Positions 1-11,520 of a stretch of 64,000 bases of DNA are shown here, one piece after another (the first letter of the stretch is position 1; the number at the start of each line of letters is the position of its first letter). This DNA is from Octopus bimaculoides (taxonomy: Eukaryota). Location: positions 4,913,703 through 4,977,702 of the forward strand of contig NC_068985.1 of NCBI RefSeq assembly GCF_001194135.2. Direction: 5' to 3'. The position numbers and the translations under genes are program-made. A model generated the notes under the pieces. That model ran no database searches and was not told the DNA's origin. It saw nothing but the letters and a program-made list of their open reading frames with translations.

Positions 1-609
1 ATATTGTATATTGTATATCATATTATATATTCCATATTCTATACCCCACATTAGTTCTGCAGGAATATAAATAAAACATAAAAAACAGACAGTGTTGGAA
101 CTCTTTTAAGCAAAATAATATATTCCTCTATACACAATCATACAAAAAACCCCACCTTTTTTGTATTTATTTTTACTCGCATATATNNNNNNNNNNNNNN
201 NNNNNNNNNNNNNNNNNNNNNNNNNNNNNNNNNNNNNNNNNNNNNNNNNNNNNNNNNNNNNNNNNNNNNNNNNNNNNNNNNNNNNNNNNNNNNNNNNNNN
301 NNNNNNNNNNNNNNNNNNNNNNNNNNNNNNNNNNNNNNNNNNNNNNNNNNNNNNNNNNNNNNNNNNNNNNNNNNNNNNNNNNNNNNNNNNNNNNNNNNNN
401 NNNNNNNNNNNNNNNNNNNNNNNNNNNNNNNNNNNNNNNNNNNNNNNNNNNNNNNNNNNNNNNNNNNNNNNNNNNNNNNNNNNNNNNNNNNNNNNNNNNN
501 NNNNNNNNNNNNNNNNNNNNNNNNNNTATATAACTTTTATAAGGAATATTCTAAAAGAATATGTAACTGAACTTATATTGAGTGCTCTATTATTTTGAGC
601 AAATATATA

Positions 610-641
<32 letters not shown>

Positions 642-1392
642 AATATGACAACAAAAGAATGAATGAGACCTATTATGTAAATAGAGGAGCGTTTTTGTCT
701 TAATAATTGATGAGATGTCAAGTAGCCTTTAGCTCCAGCATCTGGAACACCACTATTATGACAAGAAACTGATTGTCCTATATTATATATACAGACATAC
801 ACACACACACAGCAATAAGAAAATGGAGGGGATCAAGATGTGGTATTCATCAACTTTTAGACATTATGTCTATTCATTTATTTTTTATAAAAGCAATTAT
901 AACAATATACATACATGTATAACATATTATGCTTTACATATACAATATATAAAAATACCAGTAATTATTAAAATATATAATTTGGAGCATAGAAAGTAGA
1001 AAGCATCCTACTTTCTACACTCAAGTTACATATTTTAATAATTACTGGTATATTTATATATTGTATATGTAAAGCATATTATGCTATACATGTATGTATA
1101 TTGTTATAATGGCTTTTTTTTTTAAATAAATAAACAGGCATAATATAATGTCTAAAAGTTGATGAATACCGCCTCTTGATCCTCTCCATTTTCTTATTGC
1201 TGTATAAATTAAGGGTAAAAAAAACCTTATTTACCCTCACCCATTTATTACATTCGGTAGTGTAATTGTCATGCAATGAAAAAACACTTGTGTATTAGTA
1301 ATTGGGTATTCTACCAGCAGCATATTGGATAGATATTATCCCTTAGTTGGATTCACAACCTCTAACTCTCTTGGAATTATATATATTCGCCA

Positions 1393-1579
1393 TGATAGAT
1401 CAGTAGCCACTACACATTCTTTATTTTCTCTCCTTGATTCTTTCTGTGTTCGTTTCTGTGGAAGAGCGTAGGCTTGAAATGTTAAAAATTTTTTTCACTT
1501 CCTGAGCATTATACTAATACATCTGTTTGTTGTCTACACCACCTGTCTTCGTCTGTTGTCTTTTTCATGAATTTTCCCT

Positions 1580-1580
<1 letters not shown>
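1393..1580 (+). mobile_element. Penelope-type terminal repeat family with hammerhead-like motif (other copies at about 3430-3600 and 53747-53927 on the - strand)
   Basis: Three related copies carry CTGT(G/T)GA-A-GAGC-GTAG-GCT(C/T)-GAAA; the Penelope assignment is inferred from the motif. Confidence 0.55.
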
Positions 1581-1610
<30 letters not shown>

Positions 1611-2957
1611 AACAAATAGTAAATGAGTATATGCATATATACATACAGGTATGTGCATACCGACATCCACTTGTATGTATAGGTGCATATCTGGGTACAG
1701 GACATTGCAAACAAAACGTAGACGAGAAAACACACAAGCCACATAGAGAACATTCTTCTTCATCATATATATATATATATATATATATATGCACGCACAC
1801 ATACATATNNNNNNNNNNNNNNNNNNNNNNNNNNNNNNNNNNNNNNNNNNNNNNNNNNNNNNNNNNNNNNNNNNNNNNNNNNNNNNNNNNNNNNNNNNNN
1901 NNNNNNNNNNNNNNNNNNNNNNNNNNNNNNNNNNNNNNNNNNNNNNNNNNNNNNNNNNNNNNNNNNNNNNNNNNNNNNNNNNNNNNNNNNNNNNNNNNNN
2001 NNNNNNNNNNNNNNNNNNNNNNNNNNNNNNNNNNNNNNNNNNNNNNNNNNNNNNNNNNNNNNNNNNNNNNNNNNNNNNNNNNNNNNNNNNNNNNNNNNNN
2101 NNNNNNNNNNNNNNNNNNNNNNNNNNNNNNNNNNNNNNNNNNNNNNNNNNNNNNNNNNNNNNNNNNNNNNNNNNNNNNNNNNNNNNNNNNNNNNNNNNNN
2201 NNNNNNNNNNNNNNNNNNNNNNNNNNNNNNNNNNNNNNNNNNNNNNNNNNNNNNNNNNNNNNNNNNNNNNNNNNNNNNNNNNNNNNNNNNNNNNNNNNNN
2301 NNNNNNNNNNNNNNNNNNNNNNNNNNNNNNNNNNNNNNNNNNNNNNNNNNNNNNNNNNNNNNNNNNNNNNNNNNNNNNNNNNNNNNNNNNNNNNNNNNNN
2401 NNNNNNNNNNNNNNNNNNNNNNNNNNNNNNNNNNNNNNNNNNNNNNNNNNNNNNNNNNNNNNNNNNNNNNNNNNNNNNNNNNNNNNNNNNNNNNNNNNNN
2501 NNNNNNNNNNNNNNNNNNNNNNNNNNNNNNNNNNNNNNNNNNNNNNNNNNNNNNNNNNNNNNNNNNNNNNNNNNNNNNNNNNNNNNNNNNNNNNNNNNNN
2601 NNNNNNNNNNNNNNNNNNNNNNNNNNNNNNNNNNNNNNNNNNNNNNNNNNNNNNNNNNNNNNNNNNNNNNNNNNNNNNNNNNNNNNNNNNNNNNNNNNNN
2701 NNNNNNNNNNNNNNNNNNNTATATATACACACACTCATACACACGTGTGTGTGTGTGTGTGTGAGTGTATAACAAATAGTGAGGGCTGATCAATCCAGGT
2801 AAAATACTCCATAAGCTCTCTGTTGGTACACCACGCTAACACTATTACTTAGATTAGTGAAGAATTCCAAGCAATCTTTTGGTAGGGTCCCAAGTTATGG
2901 TTCATCACAATTCTATACTGTAAATCCCTGGATGGGCTTCAGATGAATTGGTTTTTA

Positions 2958-3227
2958 CAGAGTGAGATATAAGAAACAAGTTACAAATAATGGCCATTAC
3001 ACATAATTCCTTTATTACAGCAAAACTTGGTTTACAGTTGTTTCCAGTAGTCATTATAGGTACATTACTGATAGGTTTCCTTAATTGATGAATAGACCAG
3101 TTGAGTAAACCTATCAATAATGTACTTAGAATGACTACTGGAAACAGTTGTAAGCCAAATTTTGCTCTAATAAAGGAATTATATGTAATGGCCATCATTT
3201 ATAGTTTGTTTCTTATATCTCACTCTG
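2958..3227. mobile_element. 270-bp near-perfect palindromic MITE (Tc1/mariner-like termini)
   Basis: CAGAGTGAGATATAAGAAAC at 2958 is inverted at the 3227 end, and the arms pair almost to the centre; TA on the left flank. Confidence 0.8.
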
Positions 3228-3933
3228 AAATTATTGTGTATAGTGCTCACTATATGTGTGTGTGTGTGTGTGTTTGTGCGTGTGACCGTCTTTGTCACTG
3301 TTCTACTACAAATAAACATTAAAGAAATAAAAATTTTATATGGAACTTGCCAAACGTATAGTTTCACTTTCTCGAGACTAATACCAATCAGTAAATATGT
3401 CTTTCTTCTTAGTTGAAATTTACAGAAAAACAAAAGGCAAAGACAGGTGTATAAACAACAAGCAGGTGTATTAGTGTGATGCTCGGGAAGGTGAGAATGT
3501 CTTTTATGTTTCGAGCCTACGCTCTTCAACAGAAAGGAATATGAGGAAATAAACAGAGAGAATAAAAAAAAAACTGGTGGATTTAGCAGTCAATCAGGGT
3601 AAATGGTTGGAGAAAAGTAGTTGGACAGGAGAGCTGCACAAGCACAGCTTCACTCGAGGGAAGGGAATTGGAGGGCAGGGAATTTAAATTACAATTTTTT
3701 TTTTTTTGCTTATATCCCAGCAATGAACCACACATGATACTTTCCTATCATCAAACCATAAAATGTGTTTATCACGAGAAAAAATTGAAAAACTTCAATG
3801 CATGTGAGAGTGATAAAGAAACAAGGAAGGTGTTCATGGGATATAATAGAAACAACAGTCAAATCTCCCTTGAATGACATACCTTTTCATCTATATATAT
3901 ATATATATATATATATGTGNNNNNNNNNNNNNN

Positions 3934-4133
3934 NGTTTTCGTGCGGGTGACACGTAAAAGCACCCACTACACTCTCTGAGTGGTTGGCGTTAGGAAGGGC
4001 ATCCAGCTGTAGAAACTCTGCCAAATTAGATTGGAGCCTGGTGTAGCCATCCGGTTGCACCAGTCCTCAGTCAAATCGTCCAACCCATGCTAGCATGGAA
4101 GCGGACGTTAAACGATGATGATGATGATGATGA
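3934..4133 (+). mobile_element. RTE-type 3' tail repeat ending in (GAT)n; further copies near 13419-13870(-), 22578-22745, 24325-24720, 29888-30200(-), 36250-36590, 43965-44129(-), 49757-49915
   Basis: Shared GAGTGGTTGGCGTTAGGAAGGGCATCCAGCTGTAGAAAC...GGACGTTAAACGATGATG, continuous with RTE RT fragments at 11521-12640 and 35140-36590. Confidence 0.8.
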
Positions 4134-4504
4134 TATTGCACCAAAAAGGCTTCTCCCATGGTTTTTTAGCATGCAGTGCCCAAAACATTAGCTGGAGGGT
4201 GGTACTGAGGGGTGGTGATGAAAATCATAAATTTTCAAATAGGTGTTTTTTCATAAAAAAGATACCCTCCCTCCCACTATATCATTTCGAAGGCTGTGGT
4301 GGAAAATAAATTGGAAAAATCCCCATCAAGACTAAAAAAATCTAATTGATGTGAATGTCCTGATCAGAAACTCCGATAAAAAAAAAAAAATTGATAAATC
4401 TCCATTTTTCTGGAACTTATGAAAACATAAAGCCAACTTGCATAAATTTTATAAAACTTCTCTCCCAACCCTCGAAAAAAAATTTCATAACAAATTCTGA
4501 TATA

Positions 4505-4750
4505 CATTATTTACATTTGACAGATATTTGTCCTCATCTTGTTTATTGTTAACACAACGTGTCGGCTGATATACCCTCCAGCCTTCATCAGGTGTCTTGG
4601 GGAAATTTCGAACCTAGGTTCTCATTCCTAAGGTATTTTTCGATGTTACTGTTATTATTATAATTATTCAGGTCACTGCCTGGAATCGATCTCGGAATCT
4701 TGGGGTTAGTAGCCCACACTCTTAACCACTATGCCATATGTCTGTGGGCA
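4505..4750 (-). mobile_element. tRNA-headed SINE with (TAA)n linker and hammerhead-like tail (second copy about 27455-27705, + strand)
   Basis: A-box-like TGGCATAGTGG and B-box-like GATCGATTCC, then GACAC-CTGATGA-A-GGCTG...CAGCC-GACAC-GTT-GTGTT. Confidence 0.6.
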
Positions 4751-6049
4751 ATTATGAGGAGAATTTTAGGGCTTATAAATCTAATATTTTCCTATCCTTC
4801 CTTAATACCGATTCCCATATGCTTTCATATCTGCACTCGGTCTGCTTAGGGATTTATGTAATCTGAAGTGTGAACATAAAAAAAAATATTCTGGAAGTTA
4901 TGAGGAAACAAATTTGGAGTGGGTGGGCACACTTGTGAAAGTATGCCTAAAAAATAGACATTTTTCTGAAAGTTATGAGGAAACAAAACTTTCCTTTCGA
5001 GGGCTAATATTTCCTTTCAAGGGCTAATACAGAATCCCAGCCCCTGGAAAAATGCATTTAAAAAAAAATATTTTTCGGATTCTTACATTTTAGATGTCGG
5101 AGATTACAAATATGCAAAAAAAAAATTATAATTTCATTCTCCACACCCATCCAATTAAAAATCTTTGAACTTTTTTCAAAATTTTTTTCTCCTATATTTT
5201 AGATGACGGAGATTCTGAATACGCAAGAAACCACCTTTTCAAGATTTTTAATTCAAAAAGCATATAGATATATGTATAAAGAATAGATAGATATGAATGT
5301 CTTCCTGGGGTTAAAAACAATAGTAACACCGTCTTTTATAGGACTGCCACATTTAATTGACAAATATCTCTTATGAATAAACAGATAGGGATAAATAGAT
5401 TGACAGACAAATAAATGTATGGTTGAAACAGCTCAAAATTTAAAATTGGGGGAGGGGGTAAAATTTAAGCCCCTTGTTAAATTTTATAACATTAATGCTT
5501 GTTTCTCATAAAATGGTGTATATTTAATTTGATTACTTAAGGCAAACAAGTAAAATGCAAATTATTTTCACTTAAACGCTTTTGTCTATATTTAATTTCA
5601 ATTTGCATATGTTCGTCAATTTGCTACAATCTGTTTAAAGAAAACAGAATCAAAATTTTAAATTGGGTGGGGGGGGCAAGTGGTGGTGGTTTTGGGATNN
5701 NNNNNNNNNNNNNNNNNNNNNNNNNNNNNNNNNNNNNNNNNNNNNNNNNNNNNNNNNNNNNNNNNNNNNNNNNNNNNNNNNNNNNNNNNNNNNNNNNNNN
5801 NNNNNNNNNNNNNNNNNNNNNNNNNNNNNGGATATCTTTTAATGAAATTATATATATATTCCTTTCAAACAGCATGCATTACGGATGCCTAATGTGCCAC
5901 AAATCTCTTATTTTTGTTTGGCGGGTAGAAACCGGAACTATTGGAAAAAGTTTTTATTTTTTTCAATGACTGAATTACGGTGACCTAATCTGCAATCTGG
6001 GATTAATATATCCAGTGATTTTTAAGAGATATATAAAAGATATTTCGTT

Positions 6050-6490
6050 TTAATATTCTTTTCTACTCTAGGCACAAGGCCCAAAATTTTTGGGGAGGGA
6101 GCCAGTCGATTAGATCGACCCTAGTACGCAACTGGTACTTAATTTATTGACCCCAAAAGGATGAAATGCAAAGTCGACCTTGGTGGAATTTGAACGCAGA
6201 ATGTAAAGACAGACGGAATACTGCTAAGCAAGTGTGGCATGTTAACGTTTCTGCCAGCTCCCTGCCTTCATTTTGTTTTATTAGCACACCGAGTGAACTG
6301 CTTGGTGGTATTTCGTCAGCCATTATACGTTCTGAGTTCGAAATCCGCCAAGGTCGACTTTGCCTTTCATCCTTTCAGGGTCGATTAAATAAGTACCAGT
6401 TACGCACTGGGGTCGATGTAATCGACTTAATCCCTTTGTCTGTTCTTGTTTGACCCCTCTATTTTTAGCCCCCTGTGGGAAATAAGAAAA
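6050..6490 (-). mobile_element. tRNA-derived SINE family A (other copies: 16572-16870, 16875-17090, 18425-18645, 24732-24950, 37050-37265(-), 39017-39235)
   Basis: Shared GGCGAGCTGGCAGAA..GTTAGC...GAGTTCAAAT...GACTTTGCCTTTCATCCTTT..GGGTCGAT. Confidence 0.8.
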
Positions 6491-7271
6491 TAAATATTAT
6501 AATTTTACTTGTTTCCCCCACACACAAACACTAACGTGGTTTTTGTAGGGATTTTCTATCATTCTTTCTCTCTTCTGTCCAGACTGCGTAACCACTAATT
6601 TTTATAACTTCAGCATTTCCATTTATTATTCTTTTCAAACTTGCTTGAATTTTCAATCTAATGTAATCCACATTCTAGAAAACGTATTTCGGCAAAATGT
6701 TATCTTAAAATATGGATAAAGAAAAGGGGCTAATGCAGTTTCGCCCCTCACCTTCAAAAACGCATTTTTGGGGGTCCCTCACCTTTATTTTTCCAAACAA
6801 AAATTAGGGGTTTACGGCACATTAGGCATCCATAATGCATATCGTTTAAAAGTTATTTATATACAACTTTGGCGAAGGTAAAGAATACGCACACCCGGTG
6901 GTTAGGGGTTAGGGTATTTGTTACGCCGAAAACCGGTGGTATACGTATTCTTTATTGCCCCCACAACTTCATTAAAAGATATTTATTTTCCTCAAAGTTA
7001 TGGGCAAAAACCTCGGCTCTTGTGAATTTTTCAAAGTCCTCTCCCTACCCTCTCGGAAAAGATTCTACCCACAAATTTCTTTATAACCATAATGTACGCC
7101 GTTTGAAAAGTATTTATATAAAATTTCATTTAAAAAAATCCCATTTTCCTAAAATGAGGGAAAAACTCGGATCTTGTGAATTTTCCGAAGTCCTTTCCCC
7201 ATCCACCACCATTGCTTTCCGCGCATTTTTGTTTTCATATTCGTTTCCTACACATTTTTTTTTTTTTTTTT

Positions 7272-7455
7272 GGTAAATTTTCTGATCTTCACTAGGGTGT
7301 TAGGGTTAGGGTTAGGATTAGCGTTTAGGGTTATGGTTACGGTTTTAGGGTTAGGATTAGGGTTAGGGAATTCCGTCCCTAACCATAACCATAACCATAA
7401 CCGTAACCCTAACACCCTATTGAAGATCGTGCGGGTGTTAATCTGAAAATTTACC
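7272..7455. mobile_element. TIR element (GGTAAATTTTC termini) with head-to-head TTAGGG/CCCTAA arrays
   Basis: Inverted arms read directly; same family as 16596-16679. Confidence 0.75.
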
Positions 7456-8901
7456 CTTTTTTTTTAACACCTGTTGCAATATTTTTTTTGTTTTCTTTGA
7501 TTTCGTTTCCGGGTAATAATTGTAAACATTAACCATCATGATTGTTTCAAAAGAATGCATTTTCAAGGAGAGGTGCGATTCTGCTTTAGCCCCAAATTTC
7601 AATACAATTCTAATTTATACCATCTGAAAGGTATTAGTACAAAAAAATTTCATTAAAAAATATTAATTTTTTCTGAAAGTGATGAGAAAACAGTCGAAGG
7701 TGTACGCTTTTGTAGATAAACTATATATTGGTATATATGTACGCCTCCCGCTTTTTTTTTTACATTAAATTTCGATATAATCATAATCAATATCAACTGA
7801 AAGAATTTTGTGGAAAATTTCATTGAAATATATCCATTTTTCTGAAAGTTAAGAGGGAATAAAGTCGGAAACACGGATATACAAACTTATGTAGGACATT
7901 CGAAAATTTATGCCGAAGTCATTTCAATCGATGAAATATTTCTAATTAAATTTCTTGTCTTCCAGACAAATCATATTTATTACCAAAATAAAAAGTTTTT
8001 CCAACCCCCAACCAATCTCTTCTCACTTTTATTAATCGTAAAAGTTTATTTTTCGTTCAAACTTTTTTCATTTCCTGGTTCCCTTCAGTATAAATACTTT
8101 CAAATAAAACTTTAGAGACAATCAAACTTAACTTTATATTACAGAAATGTAGTTATATATAAACTTGAAAATTAGTTTATCATGTAATTTCCAATATCAT
8201 TATTAACATTAGTAATAATAATGATAAGATATTAATAATAACAATATAATTAAGCGAGCAAAACAATCTTACCTTCCTCCACTCAACTGAAGCCGAAGGA
8301 ATTAATGACGGAACTGTGCTTCCCTGACACCGGTCAATGGCAGTTACAACGATAATAATTCACTTTCAGTTTTAAATTTCGTTCTCCCACCTTGTTAATG
8401 TTGATATAATAATTTTGTTTACGTAAATCAGGTTCAATTTGTTAATTCTTAAGAGAAAATATTCAATTAGTATAAAAAATTTGCTTTGATTTTAATTCGA
8501 ACAATAGCAGTGTTTTCTTTTTTTTTTAGCAGACGACAATATTAGCAATGAAGTTTGCTGGGGAAGTAAGTTATCGAGTTTATTTGTGGAGCAACAAATT
8601 ACTTGACTTACTGATTCTCAAACTGACTAAAGCCACTAAAAGATACTAATGAAATTCTCTACTTTGCCATACCTCCTTATTAATGAGAAAACAACATATA
8701 ATTCTATCTTCGCCTTAGTGTTGGACGATTAAAAAGAAAATCAAATTATCTCTAATAGATTTTGTTGAATTTCTTCCAACAACTCTAAATTTTCATCAGA
8801 TTGTTTTCAAAAAATTAAGCTCTAATGTAGACAAGAAATTTGGAATTGTGGGTACTACTAAAGCAGCGCGGATCCGAACACGCAGTCGCGCGTCCGCGCT
8901 A

Positions 8902-9078
8902 GCTAGTCTTCAGTGGTCGATCCTAACCCTAACCCTATCCCTAACCCTAACCCTAACCCTAACCCTGTCTCTAACCCTAACCCTATCCCTATCCCTAACC
9001 CTATCCCTAACCCGCGTGTGCAAATGAATACGTGTTTAGGGTTAGGGTTAGGGTTAGGATCGACCACTCACGACTAGC
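8902..9078. repeat. Palindrome with CCCTAA and TTAGGG arrays and 35-bp inverted ends
   Basis: 8902-8936 matches the reverse complement of 9044-9078 at 33 of 35 positions; the right side runs into an N gap. Confidence 0.8.
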
Positions 9079-9885
9079 NNNNNNNNNNNNNNNNNNNNNN
9101 NNNNNNNNNNNNNNNNNNNNNNNNNNNNNNNNNNNNNNNNNNNNNNNNNNNNNNNNNNNNNNNNNNNNNNNNNNNNNNNNNNNNNNNNNNNNNNNNNNNN
9201 NNNNNNNNNNNNNNNNNNNNNNNNNNNNNNNNNNNNNNNNNNNNNNNNNNNNNNNNNNNNNNNNNNNNNNNNNNNNNNNNNNNNNNNNNNNNNNNNNNNN
9301 NNNNNNNNNNNNNNNNNNNNNNNNNNNNNNNNNNNNNNNNNNNNNNNNNNNNNNNNNNNNNNNNNNNNNNNNNNNNNNNNNNNNNNNNNNNNNNNNNNNN
9401 NNNNNNNNNNNNNNNNNNNNNNNNNNNNNNNNNNNNNNNNNNNNNNNNNNNNNNNNNNNNNNNNNNNNNNNNNNNNNNNNNNNNNNNNNNNNNNNNNNNN
9501 NNNNNNNNNNNNNNNNNNNNNNNNNNNNNNNNNNNNNNNNNNNNNNNNNNNNNNNNNNNNNNNNNNNNNNNNNNNNNNNNNNNNNNNNNNNNNNNNNNNN
9601 NNNNNNNNNNNNNNNNNNNNNNNNNNNNNNNNNNNNNNNNNNNNNNNNNNNNNNNNNNNNNNNNNNNNNNNNNNNNNNNNNNNNNNNNNNNNNNNNNNNN
9701 NNNNNNNNNNNNNNNNNNNNNNNNNNNNNNNNNNNNNNNNNNNNNNNNNNNNNNNNNNNNNNNNNNNNNNNNNNNNNNNNNNNNNNNNNNNNNNNNNNNN
9801 NNNNNNNNNNNNNNNNNNNNNNNNNNNNNNNNNNNNNNNNNNNNNNNNNNNNNNNNNNNNNNNNNNNNNNNNNNNNNNNNNNNNN

Positions 9886-10137
9886 CTGGTGTTGGGTGTA
9901 TGTCTTCTTTCTTCTATTCCCTGGCCTCTTCGATGCAGCATCAACGAGTGTCAGCGTCCAACTGATCGTCATGTCAAGTTCCCCTTTTTATATCTGCTGC
10001 TAGGCTCCAGCAGGCAGCCCCAGCTAGTTGTCACGTGACACTGTCTAAATTTCCCGCTGCTAGGGTCCAGTATGAATTTTAAACATACACACACACACAC
10101 ACACACACACAGAAAATCTGCCTTTTATAGTATAGAT
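9886..10137 (-). mobile_element. Probable non-autonomous Helitron 5' end
   Basis: Minus strand begins A|TCTATACTATAAAAGG followed by a (TG)n tract; the 3' end is not identified. Confidence 0.4.
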
Positions 10138-10889
10138 TAATGAATGCGATTTTCGTAACCAGCATGCAAAACTACAACAGAGTTACATTCTTCGAAAGAT
10201 AATCTTGGTTATCTTTTCTATTACTTTCACAAATCTGGAAATTTTAAAATAAAATGAACATTTTCACATTTGCTATATTGATGTCATTTTTCACACTGAA
10301 TCCGAGCGAAGGTAAGGAATACACACACCACCTGTATTCGGCGTTTAGGGTTAGAGTTAGTGTTAGGTTTAGGGCTAGGGTTAGGTTTACGTTTAGGGTT
10401 AGATTGGGGTTACGCCGAAAAGGGTGCTGTGCCTATTCTTTATCTCCACCTGAATCCAAATTTTAGATTCATTTATTCACAGGAATTTGTAGAAAATGTC
10501 ATAACCATCACATCCTTGTCTCGTTATTGAACATGGCAATTTGTCTGTCCCCCCTTTCAAATCAACACAGGGCCAGTTCCATTTTTGTCATGAGAAACAC
10601 TGACAAATGAATTGTTTGTAGCCTTTACTGGCCTTCACTTCTTTCTACTCACTGAATCTGTTTAGTGTAATATTTAGATAGGAACCCAGAAGAGATTTAA
10701 TTACAATACATTGAAATGTTCTTAAATTAAGCGGCGTTCATTTTCGTTGTCTTATTAATAGTCAATAATTGTGTGATGCTGATTAAATGTTCGTGCTTAA
10801 ACTTTCATCATATAAAATATTTAATTTAGTGAAAAGAAATGGATTTTACAAAAAAAAAAAACAAAGAAAGAGAGAAAAAAATAACGCAG

Positions 10890-11502
10890 CATCAAGTGCT
10901 TCAGTTGGTGTCTTATTTGGTGTTTGGAGTGATTACTAGTGATGGCGATGTTATGCCTCCATTCATCTTCCCACACAGCCTCACATTCAACAAGGAGGCC
11001 TACATCAAGTACCTAGAGAAGGTAGTGCTGCCCTGGGTCAAGAGTGTGGCTGCTGGAAGACCCTATGTCTGGCAACAAGACTCTGCATCATGCCACACAA
11101 GCAGGAGAACCCAGTCATAGCTGTCAGACAATTTCTGTGACCATACCACCCCTAACATCTGGCCACCTAACTCCCCAGACTGAAATTTCCTTGATTATTA
11201 TGTGTGGAGCACATTTGAGTGAGAGACCAACAAAACTCCTTGTAACACCAAAGATGAACTGAAGGCAAGGATTATAGCAACATTCATCAACTTAAGCAAG
11301 GAGACTGTCCAGAAAAGTTGCAGGAGATTTCGAAGTTATCTGCAGGCCGTGGTTGAAGCCAATGGCGATTTTATTGAATGAATTTAGTCTTTAGTATTTC
11401 AAGATATTTTAATGTAATTTTGGTAAATATATCTGTTAAAAAGAGATGTCAGTGTTATTTTCCTTTTTGTGTAATGTAGACAACAATATATTCACCGCAT
11501 CC
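10890..11502 (+). mobile_element. Degenerate Tc1/mariner transposase C-terminus, DD37D (maT/mori) spacing
   Basis: YVWQQD...WPPNSPD*NFLDYYVW with 37 residues between the two Asp; in-frame stops; ORF end at about 11381. Confidence 0.8.
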
Positions 11503-11520
11503 TATATATATATAACTTCA

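Noticed and set aside
590-808. Minus-strand frame GQSVSCHNSGVPDAGAKGYLTSHQLLRQKRSS with a furin-like RQKR
   Set aside because: No pyrimidine tract before the AG, a weak donor (GTCTCA), and no recognisable family or partner exon.
106-2793. Long ORFs in the supplied track that span N runs (also about 9007-10003, 33165-33712, 43970-44667, 50934-52163, 53218-53824, 59118-60845)
   Set aside because: They are open only because N codons and (TA)n/(CA)n tracts contain no stop; no protein signal apart from the TE fragments listed.
8866-8907. Helitron 3' end (GC hairpin plus CTAGT)
   Set aside because: The CTAG is part of the inverted end of the adjacent palindrome, and the 20-nt loop and 3-nt spacing are atypical.
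7290-9058. True telomere or telomere-fusion site
   Set aside because: The arrays are short, degenerate and enclosed by unique inverted ends, and a related copy at 16596 has a TSD. Transposon origin fits better.
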